Positions 33,901-47,502 of a DNA stretch of 64,000 bases are shown here, one piece after another. The notes beneath the pieces were generated by a model. The model was not told where the DNA came from. It was given only the letters and a program-made list of their open reading frames with translations, and ran no database searches. Numbering within the stretch: the stretch's first letter is position 1; each line of letters opens with the position of its first letter. This DNA comes from Macrostomum lignano (taxonomy: Eukaryota), in the NCBI GenBank assembly GCA_002269645.1, contig NIVC01000007.1, forward strand, positions 44,129-108,128, given 5' to 3'. Position numbers and translations under genes: made by a program.

Positions 33901-35398
33901 ATTCCATCAAAATCCACTTTGTTCAATAACAATCTACCAATATCATCTCTGTCAAGCTACAATTCATCAATTTAATCATAATACCCAACATCTCCATGAA
34001 ATTGCAATCCATCAAGACTGTTAAATTAGGATCCAAAAGAAGCAATCTATATTTAAAATATTCAATTTGGAGGCATCAGTGGTTAGGATTAGGGTTAACA
34101 TTTTATCATTCTTTTATTTCATTGCTATCTGCAGCCTTTTTACTGGGCATTCACTATGTATACTGAGCCTTATTGCTGCCACCCCCAACACAGGAGGGGG
34201 GTCATTTGCATTGTATACAGAACATGTGAGAAAGTTAAAAGAATGATTTTTTCTTGAATGTTGTGCTTTCTGTTTTTTTTTAAAGCAAGAAGCTTGTATC
34301 GTCAAACTCAGTGTTGTAGGCTCTCTCTAGCAATTTAAGTCTCTTCTCTCTCCAAGTTTAAATGTCAGAGAACAGTTTGCATTTGAAAATTCCCAATTTA
34401 AAGCATTGAAGTAGTGAGTATTCATTAACTATGTGCTAAAAAGGCTCAAAAATGTATTCATTGAATTTTACTACCAAGATAACATAGACTCATAGAGCTG
34501 CTTATAGAAAGATGCCAATAATAAAACAAATGGAATAATAGATGGCTTAATTGATTTCTTAGTCAGTAAGTATTAGTCTCAGTTCAATATTATAACTTTA
34601 AAAAATATAGTTGTGAAATGAAAACTAAGTCAACCCTCCAATACAGTCACCAAACCCCCTGTAATGCACAGTAGCAATTAAAAATTGAACCACTTTGTCT
34701 TTACTTTATAATATTTGACCTATTGTAAAAATAATTACAATCTGTGCAAAAAGTTGAAAGTATGTAGAATTTTTTTTCTGTTTTGCTTTCTGTTTTCACA
34801 TTTAAAGCAAACAATTTATATCTACTGAATTCAGTTTTTAAAGATTTTTCTAGCAATATAAGTCTTTTCTTTCAAACTTAAAACTCAAGGAATAGTTAGA
34901 ATTTGAAATTTCCTAATTTCCCAAGTGCTTACTTGAGAAGCTTGCAAGTTTTCATTGAATGTCACCCTCATTGCAGTGCATAGGCATTTTGGCAGATAGC
35001 ATCCAGTGTGGATAGGCTAGGCCGGGCCGCGAATTACCAACACTCTTTCCTTACATTTACAAAATGGATCTAATTCTAGAACAAGCAATATGAAAAGGCC
35101 TTTGATCGAGTATTGGATTTAAAATTGCACTTCAAATTATGTTAGATTTAAATATAAACTGCTAAACACGAGTTGTTAAACCTCATACTGATACAGTGTT
35201 TAAATCAATAGCCTATTGTGCATTTTAAGCCTAGGCTATTAGTTAACGCGGGCTTTAAAATAACCTTTCCTAGAAACCAGGTTGCAAAAATCTGTCAACG
35301 AAGACATTGTTGTTTACACCCGACCCGAGTAGTGTAGGACGCTGTTGTCAACTATCGCTATTTATGGTTAAGCATTTTGGGCAGTAATCTAAATTAAA

Positions 35399-38300
35399 AT
35401 GTCAGATTTTGATAATCCGTTTGCTGACCCATCCAGAAATAGCCCCTTTTCGGTAAGTGACATAAGTGTAGAGCTGTATGTATTTTATTGTTGCCCAGCT
35501 AGCTCTACCTAGTCTAGTCCTCACTCAGATAAGAAACAAATTTTATTTTAATAATAATATAACTAATATAACCAATTTTAATATCTACTTAAAGATACAA
35601 TATAAATTGGAGACAATAACTGTTGGAAAATATAGCAAAAATTGTTCTTCTGGAGTACCCTTTAATGCAATGGCTTTATATAGGCCTATAAGCCTATTTT
35701 AGGTCTAGTAGATTGACTATTCAGAGTTTTGCAGATCTTATTAATTGAGTTGTTGCAATTTTTTGGCTATTCTGGTTAGAGCTATAATTAGAGCTAGTTT
35801 TATAGTTAGATAATAGAATTAATAGTAAAAAATAAAAACCACATATTATTAATATTATGCATGGGGATTTAATAAATAAATATATTATAACAAGCTATTG
35901 AAACCTGTGGAATTTAAACTGATAGAATTCTAGTCCCCAGAACTATTTTTATTTGTATTCTAAAATCTAAAATCATACTCAAACAAAAAACTTGTTAATA
36001 GTCATACATGCCCAACCTCAAAATTTCACCTGTCCAGTGCAACTTAGTTTTGTCCAGATATGTGACTTACCTATGCACTACCACACTGAAGGACTGGGGG
36101 GTAGGGGGGTAGCACACCTTGTGCATGCTTGTACTTATTGAAACATAGAAGTACCTCATTTCTCTTCCCTTTCTCCTGCCCTTACTTTCTTTACTGATTG
36201 ATTTATCATTCACTTATGCAGCATTATACTAAATTGCACTGTAGCCTATACCCTGTAGGCTACACTCTACATACTGTACTGTATATGTCTGGCAAACTAG
36301 CTTGTATATATACACTTGTGCATATATATATATATATATAGGTGTACATTCTTTTCAATCATTGTATACTTTACTTAAAGATAGACCTGCACCTGACTAT
36401 ATGAGGGCTGAGCAATAAGTTTCCAGATATGCCCAGACAGAAATACTTAGAGAGAAAAAACAGTTACATCTTTTCAAAGTACTCTCAAGCAGATTCAATG
36501 TAAATTTTCATGCGCTTTACCATTTGCTAAAGCAGCTGGACCAATCTGAAGTAGGCACCTCCTCCATATGCCAAATGAAGGCCTCCATTGCAGCTTCTGG
36601 TGATCCATAGTGGATTCCACATAGGACTATCCTGCGCTTGATTTGTAGAAACAAGGGCTAGGTCGAGGCTGTAAGGTGGATGACCAAGCTCTTGAATGTG
36701 CTTTCTAGCCAGGAACTCTGCTACCTGTCGAGCCTTGTGGGCCGGGACATTGTTGTGATGGAGAAGGATGCGGCGGCCCCAAGCTCGAGTCCTTGGGCGA
36801 CGCCTGGAGAGAGCGCTCAGCACTTCTGGCACACAAACATTGGCGTACCAGTCACCAGTGACTGTGCGCTGCTGCACAAGTGGAACTGTGGCTAGATGAC
36901 CAGTTTTTGCCACAAAAATGGCCACCATCTGCTTTGCCATGTTGCACTCTCACTGAAGCTTGGATGGTGGGGTGCCACCAACTGGAGTCCACTGGGCCAA
37001 CTGCTGCTTAGTCTCTGGGTCAAAACTATGGATCCAGGACTTGTCACCACTGATAATATCCCAGACTGAGTTTGAGCTGCCTCCATTGAATCTGTCAAGC
37101 ATAGTGCAGCACCAGGTCACCCAAGCCTCCTGCTCCAGAGTCAGCTGATGAGGCACCCAGCATGCAGAAATCTTGCTCAGGTTTAGATGTGAATGCAGGA
37201 TTGTCCTGATGAATCCTGATGAAATACCCATCTCTGCCTCTATCTGGGTCAGTTACTCGGGCATCATCCTCAACCATGGCCCAGACAGCAGCAACATTAT
37301 CCTCAGTCATTGCAGAGACAGACCAGCCGCTGCGCTCCTCATCATCTAGACTCTGCCTGCCACATCAAAATTTGGCAAACTAGTCAAAAATGGTGGATCT
37401 AGATGTGCTTCATCCCCAAAAGCTCCTTGCAATTGCTCAAGACTTTCTTGCTGCCGCAAACCACTTTTAAAATGGTAATAAATCATTTCTCTAAAATGAC
37501 TCCTATTGAGCTCCATTGTGAATTTGATAGATAGGGTGGCTATGCTAGCTTGGTTTGGGATGCTGCACTGGCTATATATGACCAATGTGTTTGAATCTTT
37601 ACAAACATTGTACTTATATAATGTACTTGACACCTATGGTGTCAGATTTTGTCAGTTGCCTCTCAACTATGCACACCCAGAAACTTATTGCTCAGCCCTC
37701 GTATATTGAATCCTGCATGTGAATGGGATCAAAAAGGCCATGAAGACTATTCTATCAACTAGTGCCCCCTTTCTGCAGCTGAAGAGCAAAAGCCATTGCC
37801 TTTTACACAATGGAAACTTGGTTGTGTAACTCCTGGAGAAGTTAATGATTATTCTGGTAGGCATTGAATATTAGAATAAAATTTACCAACAATCTTAAGT
37901 GCATCCCAAGGATCAGGTGATAGTGCAGCTGCAGCACATTCAAAAGAACTAGAAGCACCACTATCCCATACAGAGAGGGACTGTTAATGGCCGTCCAAAA
38001 TCCAGAGGTTGTTGCTTCTAATAGAGATCTATTTGTGCAGAATGCAAAAATTGAGATTCATGTTGCAGATGCAATAACCCACAGGGTGTTACAATAGATA
38101 AAGCATCTGTGATAACAGGAAATTGAGTTAGACTTATAAGTTTGCTAAAACCATGGGCAAGAAACAATTTCTTCCAACACCATTGTGCTGCACACAAATT
38201 GGAGCCTTGTATATATCATGCCTTCAAAAATTTGCCATATATACAATGCCTAGATACACTACTGCATTGCCTAGAGGACAGGCAAAAAATCTCCCGATTG

Positions 38301-39978
38301 CGACTTTGTTCCTCCTGATTGCGACTTAGCTAGTTCCTCTTGATTGTGACTTAATTCCTCCCAATTGCAACTTAGTTCCTCCCAATTGTGACTTAGTTCC
38401 TCCTGATTGCGACTTAGTTCCTCCTGATTGCGACTTAGTTCCTCCTGATTGCAACTTAGTTCCTCCCAATTGCGACTTAGTTCCTCCTGATTGTGACTTA
38501 GTTCCTCTCGATTATGACTTAGTTCCTCCCGAATGCGACTTAGTTCCTCTCAATTGCAACTTAGTTCCTCCTGATTGCAACTTAGTTCCTCCCGATTGCG
38601 ACTTAGTTCCTCCCGATTGCGACTTAGTTCCTCCCAATTGCAACTTAGTTCCTCCTGATTGTGACTTAGTTCCTCCCAATTGCAACTTAGTTCCTCCTGA
38701 TTGTGACTTAGTTCCTCTCGATTGTGACTTAGTTCCTCCCGAATGCAACTTAGTTCCTCTCAATTGCGACTTAGTTCCTCCTGATTGCAACTTAGTTCCT
38801 CCTGATTGCGACTTAGTTCCTCCTAATTGCTACTTAGTTCCTCTATTCTCTTTTCTTCTCTTTCTCTTTCTCTCTCCTCTTTCCCTCTCTCTCTTCTTCC
38901 TTTCTTTTCCTTTTCTCTTCCTTTCCTTTCTTTCTTCCCCCAATTTTTCGTTTTTCCCATTTTCAATTTTGCGACTTACCTTGGCTGGCGGCCATTTCAC
39001 CTGTCTGGTTCAGACGGGTTGGATGGGTGTTGGGCATGTATGTTAATAGTTAGGTCAGGAGATAGACAGAGCCAGAGGTCTTAACAAAATTGGAGTAAAT
39101 TCCTATAAAATTAAGATTTGAGGAAAGCATTGATCACATTGCCAGAATGTCAGCCAATGCCTATTAAAAACATATAGTGGCAAATTCTGGCCTTTGCCTT
39201 TGTTTTCTCTATATTAATATCCCTTGGATCATTTGAAACTTCTATTTTCTCTTTTGCTTCCTCTCTTCTCTCATCTCTTATCTCTCTTCTATTCTCCCCT
39301 CTTCTCTTTCTTCTTTTGTCTCTCATCTCTGCTCTCTCATTTCTATCATCTCATCTCCTCTCATCTTTCCTCTCTTCTCTCCTCTCCGTCTTCTCTTTGC
39401 TTTCTCCAATCTCCCCTCTGCTCTCTTATTTTTCCTCTACTCTCTTCTCTCCCCTCTTCTCTTCTGTCCCCTCTCTCCCCTCTTCACTTTTCTCTCTAAT
39501 CTTACCTCATCTCTTCTCTCATCTCTGCTCTCTGCTCTCCCATCTCTTTTCTCTCTAGTCTCTCCCCTCTCCATTTTCCTTTCCTCTGCTCTCTCCTCTC
39601 TCCCTTTCCCTTTCTTTCTGTTCACTCTTGTCTCTGTTCTTATCTTCCCTTTTCTTCCCCTCTTGACTCCTTTCTTTCCTTTCTCCTCTTTTCTCTTCTC
39701 TTCCCTCTTCTATACTCTCTCTCTCTCTCTCTCTATTCTATCTCCTCTTCTCCTTACTCTCCTCTTTTTTATCTATTATCTCTCATTTCTCATCTCACCT
39801 TTCATTTCTTTCATCTCTACAACTTTATCTCTTCTTTCTTCCCTTTACTTTCTTATCTTTCTTGTCATCATTGCTCTCAAAACTCTCTTTTCTTCCCTTT
39901 CCTCTCTCTTTCTTTTCCCCTCTCTCCCCTCTCTTTATGATTCTCTCCCCTTTTCTCTCTCCTCATTCTTGCACTTCT

Positions 39979-40009
<31 letters not shown>

Positions 40010-43000
40010 GTCTTTCCTCTCTTCTCTCTCCTCTCTTCCCTCCTTTCTCCCTTCTTTTGCTCTTTCACTCCTCCTCTCTCCTTTCCCTGCTTTTCTCTTC
40101 CCTCTCTCTACTCACCTCCCTCTTTTTTCATTTTATCTTCTATCTTTTCTCTTATCTCCTATCTTGCCTCTCCTCCCTTTTCTACATGTATATTCTCTCT
40201 TGTTTCCACTTAGTCTCATCTAGCCTGCAGCCATGAGGCATGAGCTGGATTCTTTATCTGGCTTTGAGGTAAAAGTCTGCCTATCCCTGCTTACAAAGCC
40301 AGTTTGTGGGACATAGTACTCTTATGGTTGTTCTCATGCTTTGATCACGTCATCTTTCTTGCCAATTTGTAGCCCTGAAAAGAATTTGTATATCTTTAGC
40401 TCCATTGCATTCTGCAGCAGTCTAACAACCAAGGAAATATGCATTTTTAGGAGGCCATTTAAATTTTAAAGTACTTTTAAGAGAAACTTAAAATTTCCAT
40501 GGTGTAACTAATTTCATAGGGTTGTATTGCATTACATCCCTTTTTCATAAATCTTTTGCTTTTACAAACCCTGTTGGATTGCTTTGATTTGCAGATTACT
40601 ATCTGCTATTAAAACTGTTGCAGAGTTTGCCTATATAGAGGGCAGTGGTTAGAATTTCTCACTAAACTGTTATGGCTAAAATGTAGCCTCTCTGTGGCGA
40701 TGCAAAGAAGGCTATAAAAAGTTATTCCAAAACAAAACACTGTGCATTGCCATGTATATTTAGCCCTATTGTCTGACCCTTAGTCTGGCTTTGGAACAGT
40801 AAGTGAGTGAGTGGAACAAATGACAGAAAAAGCAAAGAAACTTCATATGCTTATAGTTTCTATCCTGTTTGAGTTAAAGAGTTGAGACTTTATATTTAGA
40901 TAGAGAATAAGTCAATGAATAATTGTGTCAAGTTAGAAGTCAATTGCTTGACATTTGGCTGCCAAAAGTTATTTGATTTTAAAACCCTTTGCAGATCTAG
41001 GCCAGATAAAGAATAGAAAGGCAGATAAAGGTTGGGGTGGCTCTCTCATTGACAAAAAGCAGACTAACTTCAAAACTGCATAGCACCAGTCAGGATTATC
41101 TTTTAGACTTGAAATTTTACACAATTGTGTAATAGTTAAAAAAATTTTGTATCCAAATTTTAAAATGATTTGTAAAATGAGTAAATATATGGGAGGATTT
41201 AGTGAAAAAATCCCACTTTTTGCAGTTTTTTTGCACTTTTAAGTAGGAAGACTTGGATTTAGGAAATTTTAAAGTAGTTTATGACACTTTCCATAGTGAG
41301 TTTAAGGTGGGTGTAAAATTTGGTATAATTTGGTTTTGGTTAACTGGCTTGGGAGTCCATAGCAAAGTACACAGACAGACTTTTCATTTTTATGTAATCT
41401 TACATAATCAATGTAATCTTACCTAGCACAGTGCTATAGAGACATTGGGACATTGCAGGTACTACAATCTAGGATATTTTGTAGCAGATAGTACTTTGCT
41501 AATCAGCATATAGTAGTATTTACATTTGGTACTAAGGCAACTAGCTCACAATGATTTAGGTCTAAGTTGCATAGTTCAATGGTAGCTCATAGTTTGGCAA
41601 TAAGAGTTATGACTGTATGGTGCTAAAGGGCATCCTACCGTGCTGCAAGTAGCTCCAATGGCAAATAAATGGAAAAAAATAATTTAGAATACAAAACAAG
41701 AAGAAGATTGCCAAAACACATTGATAAGCTATCAATTAATGTATATGCTAGGTCATTTTGTCCTATAAATCTCTTTATCATGGGTTATTAAGAATTGAAA
41801 GAGAGAATGCAAACAAAAGCATGTGGCTAAATGTAAATAAAAAAGCATTATAGGGCAAACCTTGGCAGGAAAAGCTTGGTAGAAAATTTACTTGTCATAG
41901 GCAACTTGCTTATATACAAAATTCACTTAAAGCAAATCTTAGCAAGAAAAGTTCAATGGGCAATTCACTTAGACAAATTGTACTTTAGGCAAATTATAGT
42001 CAATTCTTTTTCTCCTAGATTATCTCGCAAAAGTTGTTTTGACATATTATGCTACTTTCCTGACTATGGCAATCAATACCTAATAGGCAAAGTTACTTAC
42101 TTAATTAATTACTTTGCATTTTAAATCTTCCATTGTCTCAATCACAGGTCACTGCAGAATATTTGGCATCAGTGACCAGTTTCAATCATAGGTCACTGCA
42201 CAATATTTGAGATCAGTGACCAGTCCCAATCACAGGTCACTGCATAATATTTGGGATCAGTGACCAGTCCCAATCACAGGTCACTGCATAATATTTGGGA
42301 TCAGTGACCAGTCGCAATCACAGGTCACTGCATAATATTTGGGATCAGTGACCAGTCGCAATCACAGGTCACTGCATAATATTTGAGATCAGTGACCAGT
42401 CCCAATCACAGGTCACTGGATAATATTTGGGATCAGTGACCAGTCCCAATCACAGGTCACTGCATAATATTTGGGATCAGTGACCAGTCCCAATCACAGG
42501 TCACTACAGAATATTTAGGATCAGTGATCAGTCTAAATTTTACAAAAAAACCTATTTCCTACTTAGCACATCGTGCAAAAGAGTCAGAAAATTTTTTTTA
42601 AAGTTAATTAATAATTAATTAATAATAATAATTAGTGGTACCAGTAGGTTGCTCAATATTATTGGCTGACAATTATCATTTATGCAATTTGTACTTTGCA
42701 TTCCATAGGACCCATCAGTGCAGCAGGCCCGCACAAGCAGTGGGGCTGGCGGCGGCGGTGGCGGTGGCACCACAGGCGACTACAACCCATTCGATAAGAC
42801 CCAGCCGCAGCAGGCGGCTCCACCCCCAGCCTACACGGCCAGCGCTCAGCAGAGAATCTCCAGTGACGAATTGGAGCGCCGTCAGCGCGAATTGGAGGCC
42901 AAATCTCGGGAACTCGAACGTAGAGAAGCCGAACAAAGGCAAAGAGAGGCGGAGAGCTCCGCTGGCGCTGCCGGTTCGCGTGAGTTTCTATGATTGGTTG

Positions 43001-45371
43001 CTGGCTTAGAAGTACATATTAATATCTGCAGGTCTCGTTTTTGGTTTTCAATTTTTTGGCATAATGTTTATCACCCAATTGGTGAGTTTATTACTCACCT
43101 TGGAGATTTTATTGCTCACCTTGGAGATTTTATTACTCACCTTGAAGATTTTATTACTCACCTTGAAGATTTTATTACTCACCTTGGAGTTTTTATTACT
43201 CACCTTGAAGATTTTATTACTCACCTTGAAGATTTTATTACTCACCTTGAAGATTTTATTACTCACCTTGAAGATTTTATTGCTCACCTTAAAGATTTTA
43301 TTACTCACCTTGAAGATTTTATTACTCACCTTGAAGATTTTATTACTCACCTTGAAGATTTTATTACTCACCTTGGAGATTTTATTACTCACCTTGGAGA
43401 TTTTATTACTCACCTTGGAGATTTTATTTCTCACCTTGAAGATTTTATTACTCACCTTGGAGTTTTTATTACTCACCTTGAAGATTTTATTACTCACCTT
43501 GAAGATTTTATTGCTCACCTTGGGGATTTTATTGCTCACCTTGGGGATTTTATTACTCACATTTAAGATTTTATTGCTTACCTTGGGGATTTTATTGCTC
43601 ACCTTGAAGATTTTATTACTCACCTTGGAGATTTTATTACTCACCTTTTAGATTTTATTGCTTACCTTGGAGATTTTATTACTCACCTTGGAGTTTTATT
43701 GCTCGACTTGATTGTAATTATTACTTAGGGGATTTTTTGCTAAACTTTTGATATTACTCACCTTGGAGATTTTACTGCTAAACTTTAATTTTTGGCGCCT
43801 TGTAATTAAATTTATCAACGCGGACTTTAATTGCCATGAAAAGGGTTACAATGTCTACATTACACTTTTATTTCTGTACTGAACTGACTACTAACTGCCC
43901 TCTTGGACAGAGAGCCCCAACAACTGGCCGCCACTGCCCGCCTGCTGCCCTGTCGGCCCCTGCTTCTACCAGGATTTCGATCAGGAGATTCCCGCCGAGT
44001 ACCGGCTGGTGGTGAAGCTAGGCTACTACCTGTGGCTGGTTCACAGCGTTCTGCTGCTTGTCAACATCATCGGCACTCTCACCTATTTTATTGTCTCCCC
44101 TAAGACGGACGCCATCACGTCTGGCACGGTGTTTGGCGTGTCTCTGCTGGTGTGCATCATTCTGGTGCCCTGCTCCTATCTGTGCTGGTTCAGGCCTTTG
44201 TACAAGGCGTTTAAGTGAGTTTCCCCGCTGTTATAGCCACAGTCACAGTCACTGGATAGTTAAAGATCAGTGACCAGTTTCAGTCACTGCATCAGTGACC
44301 AGTCACAGTCACTGGATAGTTAAGGATCAGTGACCAGTTTCAGTCACTGCATCAGTGACCAGTCAGCAGTCACAGTCACTGGATATTTGAGGATCAGTGA
44401 CCACTCCTAAACTGCATGTCAGCAGATTTCAAATCGAACATCATGTCAATTTTGCATTACGCGCCAATGTTTTTTCTTCCGCCAGAAACGACAGCAGCTT
44501 TAATTTCTTCTTCTTCTTTCTGCTGTTCGCCGTGCAAATCTGCGTCCTGATTGTGCAGTGCCTCGGCATCAATTACCTGGGCTCCTGCGGCTGGATTAAC
44601 GGCGCCGCTACTCTGAAAGTTAAACTTGGCGCTGGGGTGTTCATGATGGTGATTGCCGCCCTGTTCACCTTGCTGGTGATTGCTGATGTTCTGCTTATCA
44701 TTAGGGTGAGTTCACTGCGCTAGATTCTTAATGCGGTCAACGTACATGCGCAACCTCCCCCCCCCTGGTTTATACTGGCCGTGCGACTTACCTGTGAAGG
44801 AAACCCGAAAGAAAAATTATCGCAATTTCGGGTAAACGGCAAAAGTAACTATGACTGTCCTATTAAGGTTAAATGCCTCGTCATCTAAATAGTAATACGT
44901 CTGTCATTTTCGGGTGGGCATTTTTGCGACTTACCTTGGCCAGACCCCTCGCCAGCCGGCCGGGATCGGCCCCAGAGGCGTTTTAGAAACGCAGACAATA
45001 AAACGCTTCAAATTGACTCTTAGGCGAATCTTTGACGACTTTCTGTGTGACTTTACTGTGTTACCTGCAACGACTCTGGGGCGATATTATAACAAATATA
45101 ACCTCCGTTTGCGGTTTCTCCTACTCAATGTCAGTAGCATAACGCAGTCTCTTCGCCATGCGCCTTCTAAACCTCCTCCCTCCAAAAAAACTCCCCAAAG
45201 GTGCACCGAATCTACCGCAGCTCCGGCGCCAGCTTCGCCAAAGCCCGTCAGGAGCTCAGCCAAGGCGTCGCCGCCAACGAAACGGTGCGCAGCGCGGCAG
45301 CCGGCGCCGCCACGTCCACTTTCTCGGCGATGGCCAGCGGCAGCGGCGGCGGCAGCGGCGGACGATATTGA
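35399..45371 (+). CDS. SCAMP: Secretory carrier membrane protein, 5 exons (35399-35452, 42709-42979, 43911-44214, 44486-44705, 45201-45371), 339 aa
   Basis: MSDFDNPFADP with NPF repeats, coiled coil ELERRQRELE, NNWPPLP..PVGPCFYQDF, CWFRPLYKAFKNDSSFNFF and VHRIYRSSGASFAKA. All junctions are GT-AG and in frame (1020 nt). Confidence 0.93.
36400..37703 (-). mobile_element. Mariner (Tc1/mariner) DNA transposon, 1304 bp, inactive transposase, in SCAMP intron 1
   Basis: TIRs TA(T/C)GAGGGCTGAGCAATAAGTTTC with a TA TSD on both sides. Transposase fragments WVPHQLT, ISGDKSWI, LLHHNNVPAH (D to N) and HPPYSLDLA are split across frames. Confidence 0.92.
38295..38842. repeat. 21-bp minisatellite GATTGCGACTTAGTTCCTCCT
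   Basis: About 26 units by direct reading. Confidence 0.95.
38843..40215. repeat. CT-rich low-complexity tracts in SCAMP intron 1
   Basis: Near-pure pyrimidine runs at about 38843-38960 and 39230-40215; the Leu/Ser-rich ORFs here are compositional artefacts. Confidence 0.9.
42142..42530. repeat. 44-bp tandem repeat with internal inverted repeat GGTCACTG...CAGTGACC
   Basis: About 9 units; related array at 44238-44405. Confidence 0.9.
43078..43775. repeat. 21-bp minisatellite TTTTATTACTCACCTTGAAGA in SCAMP intron 2
   Basis: About 30 units. Confidence 0.95.
44238..44405. repeat. CAGTCACTG/CAGTGACC-rich tandem repeat in SCAMP intron 3
   Basis: Shares its palindromic core with the 42142 array. 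Confidence 0.8.
44968..45083. mobile_element. Short MITE-like member of the CCCAGAG-terminus family in SCAMP intron 4
   Basis: GCCCCAGAGGCG at the left end and CGACTCTGGGGCG at the right end; internal match to about 14860 in reverse. Confidence 0.45.
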
Positions 45372-45487
45372 AGCTCTAGGAAACTAAATTGAACAAATTT
45401 TGATAAAATACTTTTTTGGGGGGGGGGGGCTGTGCACGGAGTTTAATCGATTAACGAACTCCTTAAATATTAATCCCTACAGTTTTC

Positions 45488-45860
45488 AGATCCCAAATCC
45501 CAAAAATCCCAATAATTTTCATATCGCAACTCCCAAGAATCCCATCAGATCCCAAATCCCAAGAATTCCATCAGATCCCAAATCCCAATAGTCCCATCAG
45601 ATTCCAAATCCCAATAATCCCATCAGATTCCAAATCCCAATAATCCCATCAGATTCCAAATTCCAAGAATCCCATTAGATCCCAAATCCCAATAATCCCA
45701 CCCGATTCCAAATCCCAATAATTCCATCAGATCCCAAATCCCAAAAATCCCATCAGATTCCAAATCCCAAAGATCCCATCAGATTTCAAATTCCAATAAT
45801 CCCATCAGATTCCAAATCCCAAAAATCCCATCAGATTCCAAATCCCAAAAATCCCATGAG
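45488..45860. repeat. 26-bp minisatellite AAATCCCAATAATCCCATCAGATTCC
   Basis: Direct reading. Confidence 0.9.
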
Positions 45861-46375
45861 TTCTCGGATTATAATAATCCTAGAAATCCCATCGATTTTC
45901 GAATTCCAAAAATAATCCCTTTCAATTTTCTTATTAATCCAAGGTAATATCGAAAATGTATTAAGGTATACTGCACATGTATACTAGCAGATGTGCACCT
46001 AACTTAGGTCAAAGACGTCCTGGTAGAGGTGTTAATTCTAATATTAAAGGTACAAAAAATAATTATTCTTTTAATACTTTTAAAAGCAGCAGCAGCCAGC
46101 CAGTGTTAATCTCATTTTGAATAGTTTTTATCCTGACTGAAAAGCTAATTTATACGGTTATATTTTGTCTATGTGCCTTACTTTATCGTTCTACAGTTCT
46201 TACTTCTTCCAATTCTTGGCTGTGTAACAATTTTATGCTGACTTTGTTTCCGAAATTTTTGGTTAACTTTGACAGTGCATGTTTTGTTTTTAATTTAAGG
46301 TCACACTGAACTTTATTTAAGGTATGGCGACTCACTTTTACTTTTTTTATTCACTGTTTTGGTAGAAAGCTAACT

Positions 46376-46895
46376 GAGATTTCGAGGTCCTTGTAATATT
46401 TCTGGGTCACTGTGAGATTTCAAGGTCATTGGAAGATTCTTTGGTCTCTGTAAGATTTCAAGGTCATTGGAAGATTCTTTGGTCTCTGTAAGATTTCAAG
46501 GTCATTGGGAGATTCTTTGGTCTCTGTAAGATTTCAAGGTCATTGGAAGATTCTTTGGTCTCTGTAAGATTTCAAGGTCATTGGAAGATTCTTTGGTCTC
46601 TGTAAGATTTCAAGGTCATTGGAAGATTCCTGGGTCACTGCGAGATTTCAAGGTCATTGGAAGATTCTTTGGTCTCTGTAAGATTTCAAGGTCATTGGGA
46701 GATTCTTTGGTCTCTGTAAGATTTCAAGGTCATTGGAAGATTCTTTGGTCTCTGTAAGATTTCAAGGTAATTGGAAGATTCTTCGTCTCTGTAAGATTTC
46801 AAGGTCATTGGGAGATTCTTTGGTCTCTGTAAGATTTCAAGGTCATTGGAAGATTCCTGGGTCACTGCGAGATTTCAAGGTCATTGTGAGATTCG
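46376..46895. repeat. 38-bp minisatellite GATTTCAAGGTCATTGGAAGATTCTTTGGTCTCTGTAA
   Basis: Direct reading, about 13 units. Confidence 0.92.
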
Positions 46896-47502
46896 AAAAT
46901 CACTCTCAGTAGCCCAGATTCAGCTGTACTGCAAGGTACTGAGTTCGATTTTTATTTTAGCGCAAGCAGGTTTTGTTTTAATAAAAGGAAATAAAGTTAT
47001 TATTATTTAAATAATCGTTTTGGCTGGCATCGTGGAGTTTGCTTAACACATTCCTCTAACATTCCTATTAGTATGTCTAATTATTTTATGCAGACACTAT
47101 TTATGGCACATGTAATCTGAAGTTTAAAAGCTCATTAACTATTAACTTTAAATCTTTTGAAATTATCTTACAAAGCTAACGGTTTTATTTTGCTGTAATT
47201 GGCTTCATGACACAATAGGTTGCTTATCTGCTCACAGCTGAGTCACAAATTTGTGATCAAGCGGAACCCCGCTTGTCTGCTAAGAATATTTAACAATTAA
47301 TAAAATAAATATAAAAGTACATGCGCATATGTGTGCGTGTGTTGCAGAGCTGCTTGACGTTCGAAGCACTTCCTGATAAAGTACGCTCGTAAAAAATCAA
47401 TGTACTGTTTTATACTTGAGTTTGCTACATTTTTTATCTGTCTGCTTAACGTGTCTGCTTAAAGTAGGCTAACAGTATTTGTTTAGTATTTTGTTTGTAG
47501 TA

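Noticed and set aside
42994-43651. HLEDFIT, KIFKVSN and LLTLKI repeat ORFs
   Set aside because: A 21-bp tandem repeat inside a SCAMP intron; the unit is a multiple of 3, so frames stay open.
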